A stretch of 32,727 nucleotides of DNA from a virus. Its lineage: Duplodnaviria > Caudoviricetes. Of the stretch, positions 7,521 through 15,102 are shown piece by piece. Both the position numbers and the translations under genes were made by a program. Location of the stretch: IMG/VR virus record IMGVR_UViG_3300042997_000825, positions 1-32,727 of that record; one strand, 5' to 3'. The stretch's first letter is position 1. Each line of letters opens with the position of its first letter. The notes under the pieces were generated by a model. It searched no databases, had not been told where the DNA came from, and saw only the letters and a program-made list of their open reading frames with translations.

Positions 7521-7766
7521 ATGCCGTTAACAAGAATAGATAGGAATCGCGCACCAAATGACACACAAAAAGCAGTGGAAGTAGTAGGTGGTAATCAATT
7601 TGATCTAATCTTAATAGCCGCAGAAAGAGCTCGTGAAATAAAACACGGTTCAACTCCAAAAGTTAGTGGCAATTACGGTCCGGCAGTAACAGCATTATTA
7701 GAAGTTGAACAAGGCCTTTATACCAGAAAAGACTTCTTTGATAAAATTCACAAAGGACACAGTTAA
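7521..7766 (+). CDS. rpoZ: RNA polymerase omega subunit homolog
   Basis: KAVEVVGGNQFDLILIAAERAREI...PAVTALLEVEQG matches the omega pattern (N.F.LV..AA.RAR.L ... K....AL.EI..G); AGGAG RBS. Confidence 0.85.
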   Translation: MPLTRIDRNRAPNDTQKAVEVVGGNQFDLILIAAERAREIKHGSTPKVSGNYGPAVTALLEVEQGLYTRKDFFDKIHKGHS

Positions 7767-7771
7767 TATGT

Positions 7772-7845
7772 GCGGGATTGGTGTAATGGTAGCACAAGAG
7801 TTTTCCAAACTTTTAGCGAGGGTTCGATCCCCTTATCCCGCTCCA
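7772..7845 (+). tRNA. tRNA-Gly(UCC)
   Basis: Acceptor GCGGGAT/ATCCCGC; AGAGT-TT TCC AA-ACTTT; U73; CCA. Confidence 0.93.
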
Positions 7846-7850
7846 ATCAA

Positions 7851-8408
7851 ATGATTAAAATCGCACCTTTCACCAATGCTGTATTTGTAGAAGAGTTAGA
7901 CTATGTGCTAACCAGTATAGAGTCAGCCATAATTGACTTAAAAAATAGAATCCCAGGTGAAACGTACAGTAACAGAGGGGGATGGCAAAGTAAGAGTTAC
8001 ACAAGGTATGAAAAACCTTTTATGACCGGCCTTATCGATTCTGTTACAACAAAAGTTCAAGAAGTCTATAACGATCTAGGAATTACCAAAGAACCTACAT
8101 TGGGAAATTATTGGTTCAATGTAAACGAAAAATACCATTACAATACTGCTCATAATCATCCAGGGTCGTATATATCAGCAGTGCTATATGTTAAAGCACC
8201 TAAAGATTGCGGCGACTTAGTTATCGAACGACCAGACTCATTTGTTGATTGGATACATGAATACGAAAATAATGAAAATAATGTAACCAAGATAAAACAA
8301 ATCCCAAGAGAAAAACTCTTGATAATATTTCCAGCATATATGCGTCATTACGTTGAAGCAAATATGTCCGACGATGTAAGAATTTCTATAGCATTTAATT
8401 TCAAATGA
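7851..8408 (+). CDS. Putative 2OG-Fe(II) oxygenase, TIGR02466-like (start corrected to 7851)
   Basis: SNRGGWQS, WFNVN, HNHP, SAVLYV, FPAYMRHYV, RISIAFN. Confidence 0.85.
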   Translation: MIKIAPFTNAVFVEELDYVLTSIESAIIDLKNRIPGETYSNRGGWQSKSYTRYEKPFMTGLIDSVTTKVQEVYNDLGITKEPTLGNYWFNVNEKYHYNTAHNHPGSYISAVLYVKAPKDCGDLVIERPDSFVDWIHEYENNENNVTKIKQIPREKLLIIFPAYMRHYVEANMSDDVRISIAFNFK

Positions 8409-8977
8409 ATGTAATCGATCAAAACTCACTGGTACGCAAATTTGATTTCAGCGGCATTATCACATCTCAAGATAATCAAGAAGCCTGCGAAATTATCAAA
8501 GATATAATAGCTGACGGTAATTATTTTACCAATAGTCCAAAATATCAAACCAAAGAAAATATATTTGCACGACCAGAAGAAGTATGGTTAAAGTATCGTA
8601 TGAGCTTTTTGTTTAGTGTGTTCATGTATCTAGGTCGTGAAGTTAAAGTATCAAACATGATGGCGTGGAGTTATATGACTAATCTTGAGGGTGCTGAAGA
8701 TCGCGAAAACCTGTGGCACGATCACTGGCATCCTAAAAATCCGGGATCTAGTATGATGAGTGGTGTTTTATATCTACACATACCTGAGGATGTTAACGAT
8801 CGAGATTATTGTGGAACAGAGATGGCACCAAATGGTCCTAACGGAGAAGGCAAATTTTTCATACGTCCAAGCGATTTTACCTGGGTAGTATATCCTAGCA
8901 ATGTTTATCATAGACCCGGTATTGTTCAAAGCAACAATTATAGATTTGTATTGGCTGCAGATGTGGAGTATTCTTAA
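8405..8977 (+). CDS. Putative 2OG-Fe(II) oxygenase
   Basis: WHDH, SGVLYL, VVYPSNVYHRP, RFVLA. Confidence 0.7.
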   Translation: MNVIDQNSLVRKFDFSGIITSQDNQEACEIIKDIIADGNYFTNSPKYQTKENIFARPEEVWLKYRMSFLFSVFMYLGREVKVSNMMAWSYMTNLEGAEDRENLWHDHWHPKNPGSSMMSGVLYLHIPEDVNDRDYCGTEMAPNGPNGEGKFFIRPSDFTWVVYPSNVYHRPGIVQSNNYRFVLAADVEYS

Positions 8978-9535
8978 ATGGAAGAAAACAACGTACACAA
9001 TGATTTTATGTACTGGGAGTTTCCAGAACATATACCTAAGAATTTAATTGAACTATTTCTTAAAGAATCAGAAACTCTAGAGGAGTTTCCGGGCTATGTT
9101 GGCAATGGAAATTTAAACGAAAAGTTTAGAAAAGTCACCGCACAGTATCCTGGAGAGTTTAACTTTATGGCAATGATGCTTCATTCGTTTGGCATGAAGG
9201 CTAATATGCGTTGTTGGCAATATGACATCTATGGTGTATCACAGTGTGATTTACTAACCTATGAAGGTACCGGCGACAAGTATGACGGCCACGTAGACAC
9301 GCAGGTAGTTTCGCCGGGAATAGTACGTAAGCTAACAGCAATAGCATTTCTTAATGACGACTACGAAGGCGGACGTTTTTACTTTATGCACGATGCAAAA
9401 AACAAACAATATATAGAAACTAAGCCTGGTTCGGTTGTAGTGTTTCCATGCCACATCATGCACGGTGTTGAACCAGTAACCGCAGGTGAACGAAAAAGTA
9501 TTGTTACTTGGTTAGTGGGTCCTCCGTTAAAATAG
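8978..9535 (+). CDS. 2OG-Fe(II) oxygenase, prolyl-4-hydroxylase-like
   Basis: HVD, RKLT..FLNDDYEGG, VVFP, HGVEPV..GERKSIVTW. Confidence 0.9.
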   Translation: MEENNVHNDFMYWEFPEHIPKNLIELFLKESETLEEFPGYVGNGNLNEKFRKVTAQYPGEFNFMAMMLHSFGMKANMRCWQYDIYGVSQCDLLTYEGTGDKYDGHVDTQVVSPGIVRKLTAIAFLNDDYEGGRFYFMHDAKNKQYIETKPGSVVVFPCHIMHGVEPVTAGERKSIVTWLVGPPLK

Positions 9536-9576
9536 TTACAATTTATTAACATCATAAAAGTTAAATAGTTGTAGCG

Positions 9577-9607
9577 ATCGTTACCTTCGACCGCGAGGAG
9601 TAACGAT
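9577..9607 (+). promoter_or_regulatory. Stem-loop covering the RBS and start codon of 9606..9977
   Basis: ATCGTTAC/GTAACGAT outer stem plus CTTCG/CGAGG inner stem, ACCG loop. Confidence 0.6.
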
Positions 9608-9977
9608 GATTAAAAATATCATGTTTTCTGCCCTATTTTTCACCACATTAGCTTCAGCTGAAATTCCTACAGAAATGTATATGCCTACAGAGGCAGGCGG
9701 ATTTATTACGCTAACTCTTGAAGATTGCAAATTTCCTCAAGCAGTTAATCTAGGGCTTCTGCATCGAGCTACATCATCAGAATCTAATGGAGTCTTACAT
9801 GAAGGATGCTGGAACAGCCCAAGCATAGCGGAAGCACCAAGCCACCCAGGAATTCGTATTATTCCTGTAGTAAATACATGGTGGGAAGAAGATCAGCAGA
9901 TCACTACATTTAGAACTAATCAGTTTAGCCCTGAGAAAAAACGTTGGGATGAAAAGCCTGTTAAAGGCGATATTTAG
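9606..9977 (+). CDS. Secreted/periplasmic hypothetical protein
   Basis: Signal peptide MIKNIMFSALFFTTLASA|E; two Cys; GAGGAG RBS. Confidence 0.7.
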   Translation: MIKNIMFSALFFTTLASAEIPTEMYMPTEAGGFITLTLEDCKFPQAVNLGLLHRATSSESNGVLHEGCWNSPSIAEAPSHPGIRIIPVVNTWWEEDQQITTFRTNQFSPEKKRWDEKPVKGDI

Positions 9978-10065
9978 GCTGTTATAGTAACTTTTTAAGT
10001 ATTATGGATTGTTTCTCTTGACATAAATATATGAGTTAGGAAAGAATACTCCAGGAGTTTTAGAT

Positions 10066-11427
10066 ATGCCCTTACAAATTCGCAGAGGCACTGAAGCAGA
10101 AAAAAATGCCATGATAGTGCCATTAGCTCAAGGTGAGCTGTTATGGACTACCAACGATAAAAAATTATATATTGGTGATGGTGCTACATTGCCAAATGCA
10201 CTAACTCCAGTATCTGGTTTTTCAGATGAAGATATACAAGATGCTGTAGAACCGTTGTTTACACATGCAGGTCATTCCGGTATTACTTTCACATATAATG
10301 ATAGCGGTAATCAAATTATAGCCACAGTTAGTCTACCAGATTATAGTGGAGTTATACAAGCTGATGGATTCCAGGGGTCATTATTTGCTGATGATTCAAG
10401 TTTATTGGTAGATGCTATTGAAGGAAAAATTAACCTTGATGGTACAGTTAAAGGCGACATTATTCCTAGTTCTAGCCTAGTATTTGACATTGGTAGTCCA
10501 ACAGCAAGATTCAAAGATTTATATCTAAGTGGTACTTCTCTTTACCTAGGTAATGCTGTACTAACAGCAAGTGGTTCATCCGTTAATCTTCCATTTGGTT
10601 CAACTATTGGTGGTTCTCCAATTGGTATTGATGTAGGTGAAGCATTACAAGGAAATTTAGTTGGATCAGTATTTGGTGACGATTCTACTGTGTTGGTAGA
10701 CGGTGTTAGTAATACTCTATTTGGTAACACGTTATCAACTGTTGGATTAACTGTTGATAACAATTTTATTATTGCTACTGGTCTTACTCCTGTAACCGTT
10801 CAAGGTAATGGTCTTATTGATGAACCACAGTTTAGAATAGTATTAAACAGTACTGAAAATGTAACCAATGATATAGATGATATCATTGATGATTCGAATC
10901 ATGTTGACATTTATACTACTAAGAAAGATATAAGTGGTAATTCCATTGACTTCGATGGTGGTGAATCTTTAGGTTCTATAATCTTTAAAGGTTATCAATC
11001 GTCTGTTGATAGTGACGCATCTGTAGTTCTTATTGGTAGTCAAGTAGATCCTACTGGTAATCCAACAGCAACCCACCTTCCAGGAAAATTCTTTGTAGCT
11101 ACTGTAGGTGAAGATGCAATTGATCCAGCTAACTATTTAACATTTGACTGTTTTGGTCAATTAGGTGTAAATCAAGAGAACGCTCAAGCTACTTTAGACG
11201 TAAATGGCGATGCAATAATACGTGGTGGATTAAGAGCTGATTTAACAGGTTCCTTATTCAGTGACGCAAGTACTATGATTTTCGATGGTACAGATGGTAA
11301 ATTAATGACAGCTAATATAAACCTAATAGGAGAAACTGGAAATACTCCTGTAGATGCTGTTACTGTCGATAGCTGGTTAGAAGTTACTGTTAATGGAGTT
11401 ACAAAATATATTCCACTTTACGATTAA
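10066..11427 (+). CDS. Tail fibre/virion adhesin-like protein with Mtd-like N-terminal domain
   Basis: N-terminus LQIRRGT..E...LAQGEL.WTT..KKLYIGDG typical of phage fibres; Gly/Asp/Ser/Thr-rich; LGVNQENAQATLDVNG; C-terminus WLEVTVNGVTKYIPLY; AGGAG RBS; CATAAATA box at 10022-10029. Confidence 0.8.
   Translation: MPLQIRRGTEAEKNAMIVPLAQGELLWTTNDKKLYIGDGATLPNALTPVSGFSDEDIQDAVEPLFTHAGHSGITFTYNDSGNQIIATVSLPDYSGVIQADGFQGSLFADDSSLLVDAIEGKINLDGTVKGDIIPSSSLVFDIGSPTARFKDLYLSGTSLYLGNAVLTASGSSVNLPFGSTIGGSPIGIDVGEALQGNLVGSVFGDDSTVLVDGVSNTLFGNTLSTVGLTVDNNFIIATGLTPVTVQGNGLIDEPQFRIVLNSTENVTNDIDDIIDDSNHVDIYTTKKDISGNSIDFDGGESLGSIIFKGYQSSVDSDASVVLIGSQVDPTGNPTATHLPGKFFVATVGEDAIDPANYLTFDCFGQLGVNQENAQATLDVNGDAIIRGGLRADLTGSLFSDASTMIFDGTDGKLMTANINLIGETGNTPVDAVTVDSWLEVTVNGVTKYIPLYD
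10375..11286 (+). repeat. Three dispersed protein-level repeats GS(L/V)FxD(D/A)SxxxxD in the fibre gene
   Basis: GSLFADDSSLLVD (10375-10413), GSVFGDDSTVLVD (10663-10701), GSLFSDASTMIFD (11248-11286). Confidence 0.8.
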
Positions 11428-12287
11428 TCTTCTTTAAAATAGTATTCCAAATTATTCACCCCGATTAGTTCTCGAAACTCCGGGGTGAATCTACCTTCAA
11501 CTTTAACAGTTATACTGCTCTTGGAATAAGAATCAAAATTTCCGTGCCAATTATGATGGTTGAAAAATGCTGCATGTCCTTCAACAGGTACAGCGTTTTT
11601 AACTGTTCCTAGTTTTTCGTCTAGATCAAATAGATAAAAAGGACGATCAATGTCAAAGCGGAACCATATAAGTTCTTGGCGATGTGGGAATGTTTCTGGT
11701 TTATTACCACGTTCTCTTGGAAAGTAATTAAAATCTCTATGATGACCTAATGGAATATAATGTTCGTTATAGAACACTGTTACGATTCCCAAACGGTCCA
11801 TAGGCAAACTTTCTACAAAGTTTTTAAGATTAGGAAACTCATCAACATAATCCACCCAACTATAAGTATTCCAATCTTCTTCTGTAAAAATATAAGCATC
11901 GGCCGCATAATGGCTACTAACAGTTTTTCTGATGTTTAAGATGTTATATGGATCAAATGCTCCATATTTTAATTTAAGCAGTCTACTTAATCCGTGCTTA
12001 TCATCCTTATCTTCAAAATATCTTAGTTGTTGATCTAACTTAGGATTAGTCTTTCTCTCCTCATTAGCACGCTCGTAAACGTAGTATAAGAGTCCTTTTT
12101 CGCGGAATACTTCGTATGGACTATATATGTCCTCGGGAGCATGTCCACCGGCATTCCAAACACCTGTGCGTATTTTATCCCAGCTTTTGCAGAGTAGAAA
12201 TTCCCATTCATCTCTAAGACTTAACATCTTAGGAATGTCTAAATAAGGGTCTAGTGTAATAAAAGGTTTACCATTGAGTGTAAGCAT
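11424..12287 (-). CDS. Cupin/2OG-Fe(II)-type oxygenase, paralog of 12899..13681
   Basis: HRD...WHG facial triad; shares LKLxxGAxDPY, FPHRxE and FTxEFRExIG with 12899..13681. Confidence 0.7.
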   Translation of the reverse strand: MLTLNGKPFITLDPYLDIPKMLSLRDEWEFLLCKSWDKIRTGVWNAGGHAPEDIYSPYEVFREKGLLYYVYERANEERKTNPKLDQQLRYFEDKDDKHGLSRLLKLKYGAFDPYNILNIRKTVSSHYAADAYIFTEEDWNTYSWVDYVDEFPNLKNFVESLPMDRLGIVTVFYNEHYIPLGHHRDFNYFPRERGNKPETFPHRQELIWFRFDIDRPFYLFDLDEKLGTVKNAVPVEGHAAFFNHHNWHGNFDSYSKSSITVKVEGRFTPEFRELIGVNNLEYYFKED

Positions 12288-12292
12288 GAATT

Positions 12293-12300
12293 TATTTATA
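12293..12300 (-). promoter_or_regulatory. T4-late-type promoter TATAAATA
   Basis: Exact TATAAATA on the minus strand, 5 nt before the ATG at 12287; no SD between box and ATG. Confidence 0.65.
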
Positions 12301-12329
12301 GGTTAGAACTTTAAAGGTATAAAGATCCG

Positions 12330-12902
12330 ATGCACGCAACTTACGTAGGAAATTTCAAAAATCAAATAGATTGTGATTCGTTAATAGAACACTTACGAGT
12401 ACAGCAAGGTGATGTTCGCACATCAGAAACACCCTATGGAAATGCTGTAGAACTCGATGAAGAGCTACTACAGAAAAAATATGAGATGCGTGATATTTGG
12501 ACCAACGCTGGGTATATGGGGTCTGATACTGTGGAATGGATCAACTATTATCCGGGTACACATTTTGATACTAATGTTGTAGACCTGTTTGGAGATCTAG
12601 TCAATGCTGATTCTTACAATGTCTGGGTCAGTTCTATGCGTCCGGGTAAGTGTGTGCCTTTACATTGGGATATTGTTAAAGAGTATCAAACACATAGACA
12701 CGATCCTCGTATGGTGCGCTACAGTTTCTTTATTGAACCACCTGCTATGGGCAAGATCTTTATCTTAAAAGATCAAGCATTTCATATGACAGAACAAGGT
12801 GCTGTGTATAAATGGAACAAGTGGGATGAATGGCATCTAGGATTTAACTGTGGATTAACACAGAAGTTTATGTTTCACTATATTGGATTTGATAGAGGTT
12901 AA
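12330..12902 (+). CDS. Cupin/Asp-Asn beta-hydroxylase-like oxygenase
   Basis: MRPGKCVPLHWD ... WHLGFNCG..K. Confidence 0.7.
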   Translation: MHATYVGNFKNQIDCDSLIEHLRVQQGDVRTSETPYGNAVELDEELLQKKYEMRDIWTNAGYMGSDTVEWINYYPGTHFDTNVVDLFGDLVNADSYNVWVSSMRPGKCVPLHWDIVKEYQTHRHDPRMVRYSFFIEPPAMGKIFILKDQAFHMTEQGAVYKWNKWDEWHLGFNCGLTQKFMFHYIGFDRG

Positions 12903-13681
12903 TAGTTGTCTAGATGAGCAACACCAATACGCTCACGGAATTCATCTGTGAACGGACCATCGATCCTTAGGCTGTAACTTTGCTTGTTTACTCTACCACC
13001 GGCATGCCAATCTTGATCGTTAAACCAAACAGCACGCTTATCTGTCAGTATTTTTTGATCAGTCTCGGAATCCCATATATAGAAAGGTTTATCTAAATTA
13101 GGACGCACGTGTATAAACTCGTGCCTATGTGGGAAGTAATTGTGTTCGTCGGGTAAGATCAAATCGCGATGCAAGGGCATTAGACAATCGTGTTCTGCTT
13201 TGAAGAATATAACACGGCCAAGATGTTTGAATACTTTCTGCTCTACTAGATTTTCTAACCATATCTTAAGCTCCGGAAATAGCTCCACATCTGGAGTCCA
13301 GGTCTTTTCATCAAAACGTGATTCCCAACCGCCCGCTTCTGTTTTTAAGAACACAAACTGATACGGATCATAGGCACCAAGTGCTAGTTTTAAGAACAAC
13401 ATAAAATCATCGCGATTCTTGTATTCACCTATGGCACGGCCTTCTACTCGTATCTCATGGTCTTCTGGCAAAGCGTGATATTCTTCTAGTGCCTGATACA
13501 GGGGTTTAAATGTTAACTCGTAGGCTCCTTCACAGCCACCTGGCTTGACCATATTACCTTCTTTCTTGTATTTTGACTGCACTAATCCTCTACAGATCTT
13601 GTAGTGCAGTTTACTGAACCCCTCAATGTCTATATGGGGTTCGATGTTTACATAGGGGGATCCGTTGATACCTTTAATCAT
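12899..13681 (-). CDS. Cupin/2OG-Fe(II)-type oxygenase, paralog of 11424..12287
   Basis: LHRD ... WFNDQDWHAG ... SLRIDG. Confidence 0.7.
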   Translation of the reverse strand: MIKGINGSPYVNIEPHIDIEGFSKLHYKICRGLVQSKYKKEGNMVKPGGCEGAYELTFKPLYQALEEYHALPEDHEIRVEGRAIGEYKNRDDFMLFLKLALGAYDPYQFVFLKTEAGGWESRFDEKTWTPDVELFPELKIWLENLVEQKVFKHLGRVIFFKAEHDCLMPLHRDLILPDEHNYFPHRHEFIHVRPNLDKPFYIWDSETDQKILTDKRAVWFNDQDWHAGGRVNKQSYSLRIDGPFTDEFRERIGVAHLDNY

Positions 13682-14370
13682 TATATTCTCACAACATCAT
13701 AATCTAAGTTTACTTGATCGAGCGTGTGTACAATAGTGGCCAATGCTTCTGGTTCTATTAATAAATCATATTCAGTAGTAATAGGGCACTCGAATGACCC
13801 TAGTCTACCATCTTTAACATATCTGTTTAGCAATGGAGATATTGTTTGATCTACAACGTATCTAAGATTGTAAGGAATAGTTTTAAAGATTATTTTAATT
13901 GCGATAAAATCCTCTCCAGAATATTTCTTCAAAGGTATACGCATTACTAATTGGATTCTATCTATGCTGCCAAAGTTTACTGCGGTATGCAAATAAGAAC
14001 CATCCATTTGATAAAAGTTACCATCTGTTTCTAATTTGTGCATCTCTTGATCGTTGAGATTTATCAGATAACATTGATCACTGGCTTGTAAATTTAAATG
14101 GATTCGATCATCAATATCGCTATGTGACCTATAACATTCTCCAGGAGTTAGTCTGATTAATCTTAGTTCACTAACTTCGTAAGGGATATCATTATACAAT
14201 TTCTCAAATTCTGTATCTTTCCATTCAGGAAGAAACTCATATGGATCGTATAAAAAATGTCCGGTAGGTTTGTTAATTGCACATCTACCATCTTTATCCC
14301 ATTTAATATCTTTAAGATACTTTGAGAATGGTTGTATATCAACTTGATAATCTAGTTTCTTAAGATACAT
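13681..14370 (-). CDS. Asp/Asn beta-hydroxylase-like oxygenase with C-terminal extension
   Basis: RLIRLTPGECYRSHSD..RIHL ... HTAVNFGSIDRIQLV. Confidence 0.8.
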   Translation of the reverse strand: MYLKKLDYQVDIQPFSKYLKDIKWDKDGRCAINKPTGHFLYDPYEFLPEWKDTEFEKLYNDIPYEVSELRLIRLTPGECYRSHSDIDDRIHLNLQASDQCYLINLNDQEMHKLETDGNFYQMDGSYLHTAVNFGSIDRIQLVMRIPLKKYSGEDFIAIKIIFKTIPYNLRYVVDQTISPLLNRYVKDGRLGSFECPITTEYDLLIEPEALATIVHTLDQVNLDYDVVRI

Positions 14371-15055
14371 AAATTTTCTTTGCTCTTTCTATAAAATCAC
14401 TAGAGTAGTTACTTCGAAAACTTTCAAAAGTCATTTGCTGTAATATATCATATGATAATACGCTATCCCAACTTAGATTGTGGGCAGTAAAATATCCTTC
14501 TAATTTAGCCTGACGATCATTACTAATATGGCTACGGAAATGATTCAACGGAACCATTGGTTCGTCGGGGGTATGGCAGAAGAAATAATTAATGCTCTTT
14601 AGTTGCCCATCTATAATAAAATAACTGCTAGGATGCAGACTGTATTTGTAAAATCCTAGATCTTTGTGTGCTTGTAAAATAGCTAACATTTGATCTTGCC
14701 AATCTGGTAATACTTGATCAAAGTTACAATTGTTATCCAAACTGCGTTGCCAAAAATCTACACCGTCTATCTTTAAATAGATTTTCTTTTCATTGAGATC
14801 TATATCTAAAATCTTAGGTACCAGATCGGATTTATTTGTAGACATTTGATTTAAAAAATAGAGTTCTTTTGCCCATTTTTCGGACATAAGATCTTTATCA
14901 ATTATTTGATTTTTACCTTGATGATATTCAGTATCATTATAGTACCATTGTACGAATGTCTTTTTATCTTTGGATATTAAGCTGGTATAGATTAGATTAT
15001 TCCTAACCAATCCGTGATCTGGCGTATTATTGTAATAGTATTCAAAGTTTTCCAT
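14360..15055 (-). CDS. Protein-kinase-like fold protein with degenerate catalytic motifs (start corrected to 15055)
   Basis: alphaC-like KELYFL, VPKILD, catalytic-loop-like KYSLHPSS, DFG-like LKSINYF; AATAAATA box 7 nt before the ATG. Confidence 0.55.
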   Translation of the reverse strand: MENFEYYYNNTPDHGLVRNNLIYTSLISKDKKTFVQWYYNDTEYHQGKNQIIDKDLMSEKWAKELYFLNQMSTNKSDLVPKILDIDLNEKKIYLKIDGVDFWQRSLDNNCNFDQVLPDWQDQMLAILQAHKDLGFYKYSLHPSSYFIIDGQLKSINYFFCHTPDEPMVPLNHFRSHISNDRQAKLEGYFTAHNLSWDSVLSYDILQQMTFESFRSNYSSDFIERAKKIYVS

Positions 15056-15102
15056 AGCTTCATATTTATTTGAAGGGGTTATAGCTATAGTTAAATACTG
15101 GT
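15056..15102. promoter_or_regulatory. Divergent late-type promoter pair
   Basis: AATAAATA (minus, 15063-15070) and GTTAAATA (plus, 15090-15097), 7 and 5 nt before their ATGs. Confidence 0.55.

Noticed and set aside
7770-7850. ORF-track N-terminal extension of the 2OG oxygenase
   Set aside because: This is tRNA-Gly; the real start is ATG 7851
10066-11427. Diversity-generating retroelement suggested by the Mtd-like N-terminus
   Set aside because: No reverse transcriptase, no TR/VR pair with adenine-specific differences, and no evident C-type lectin end in the window
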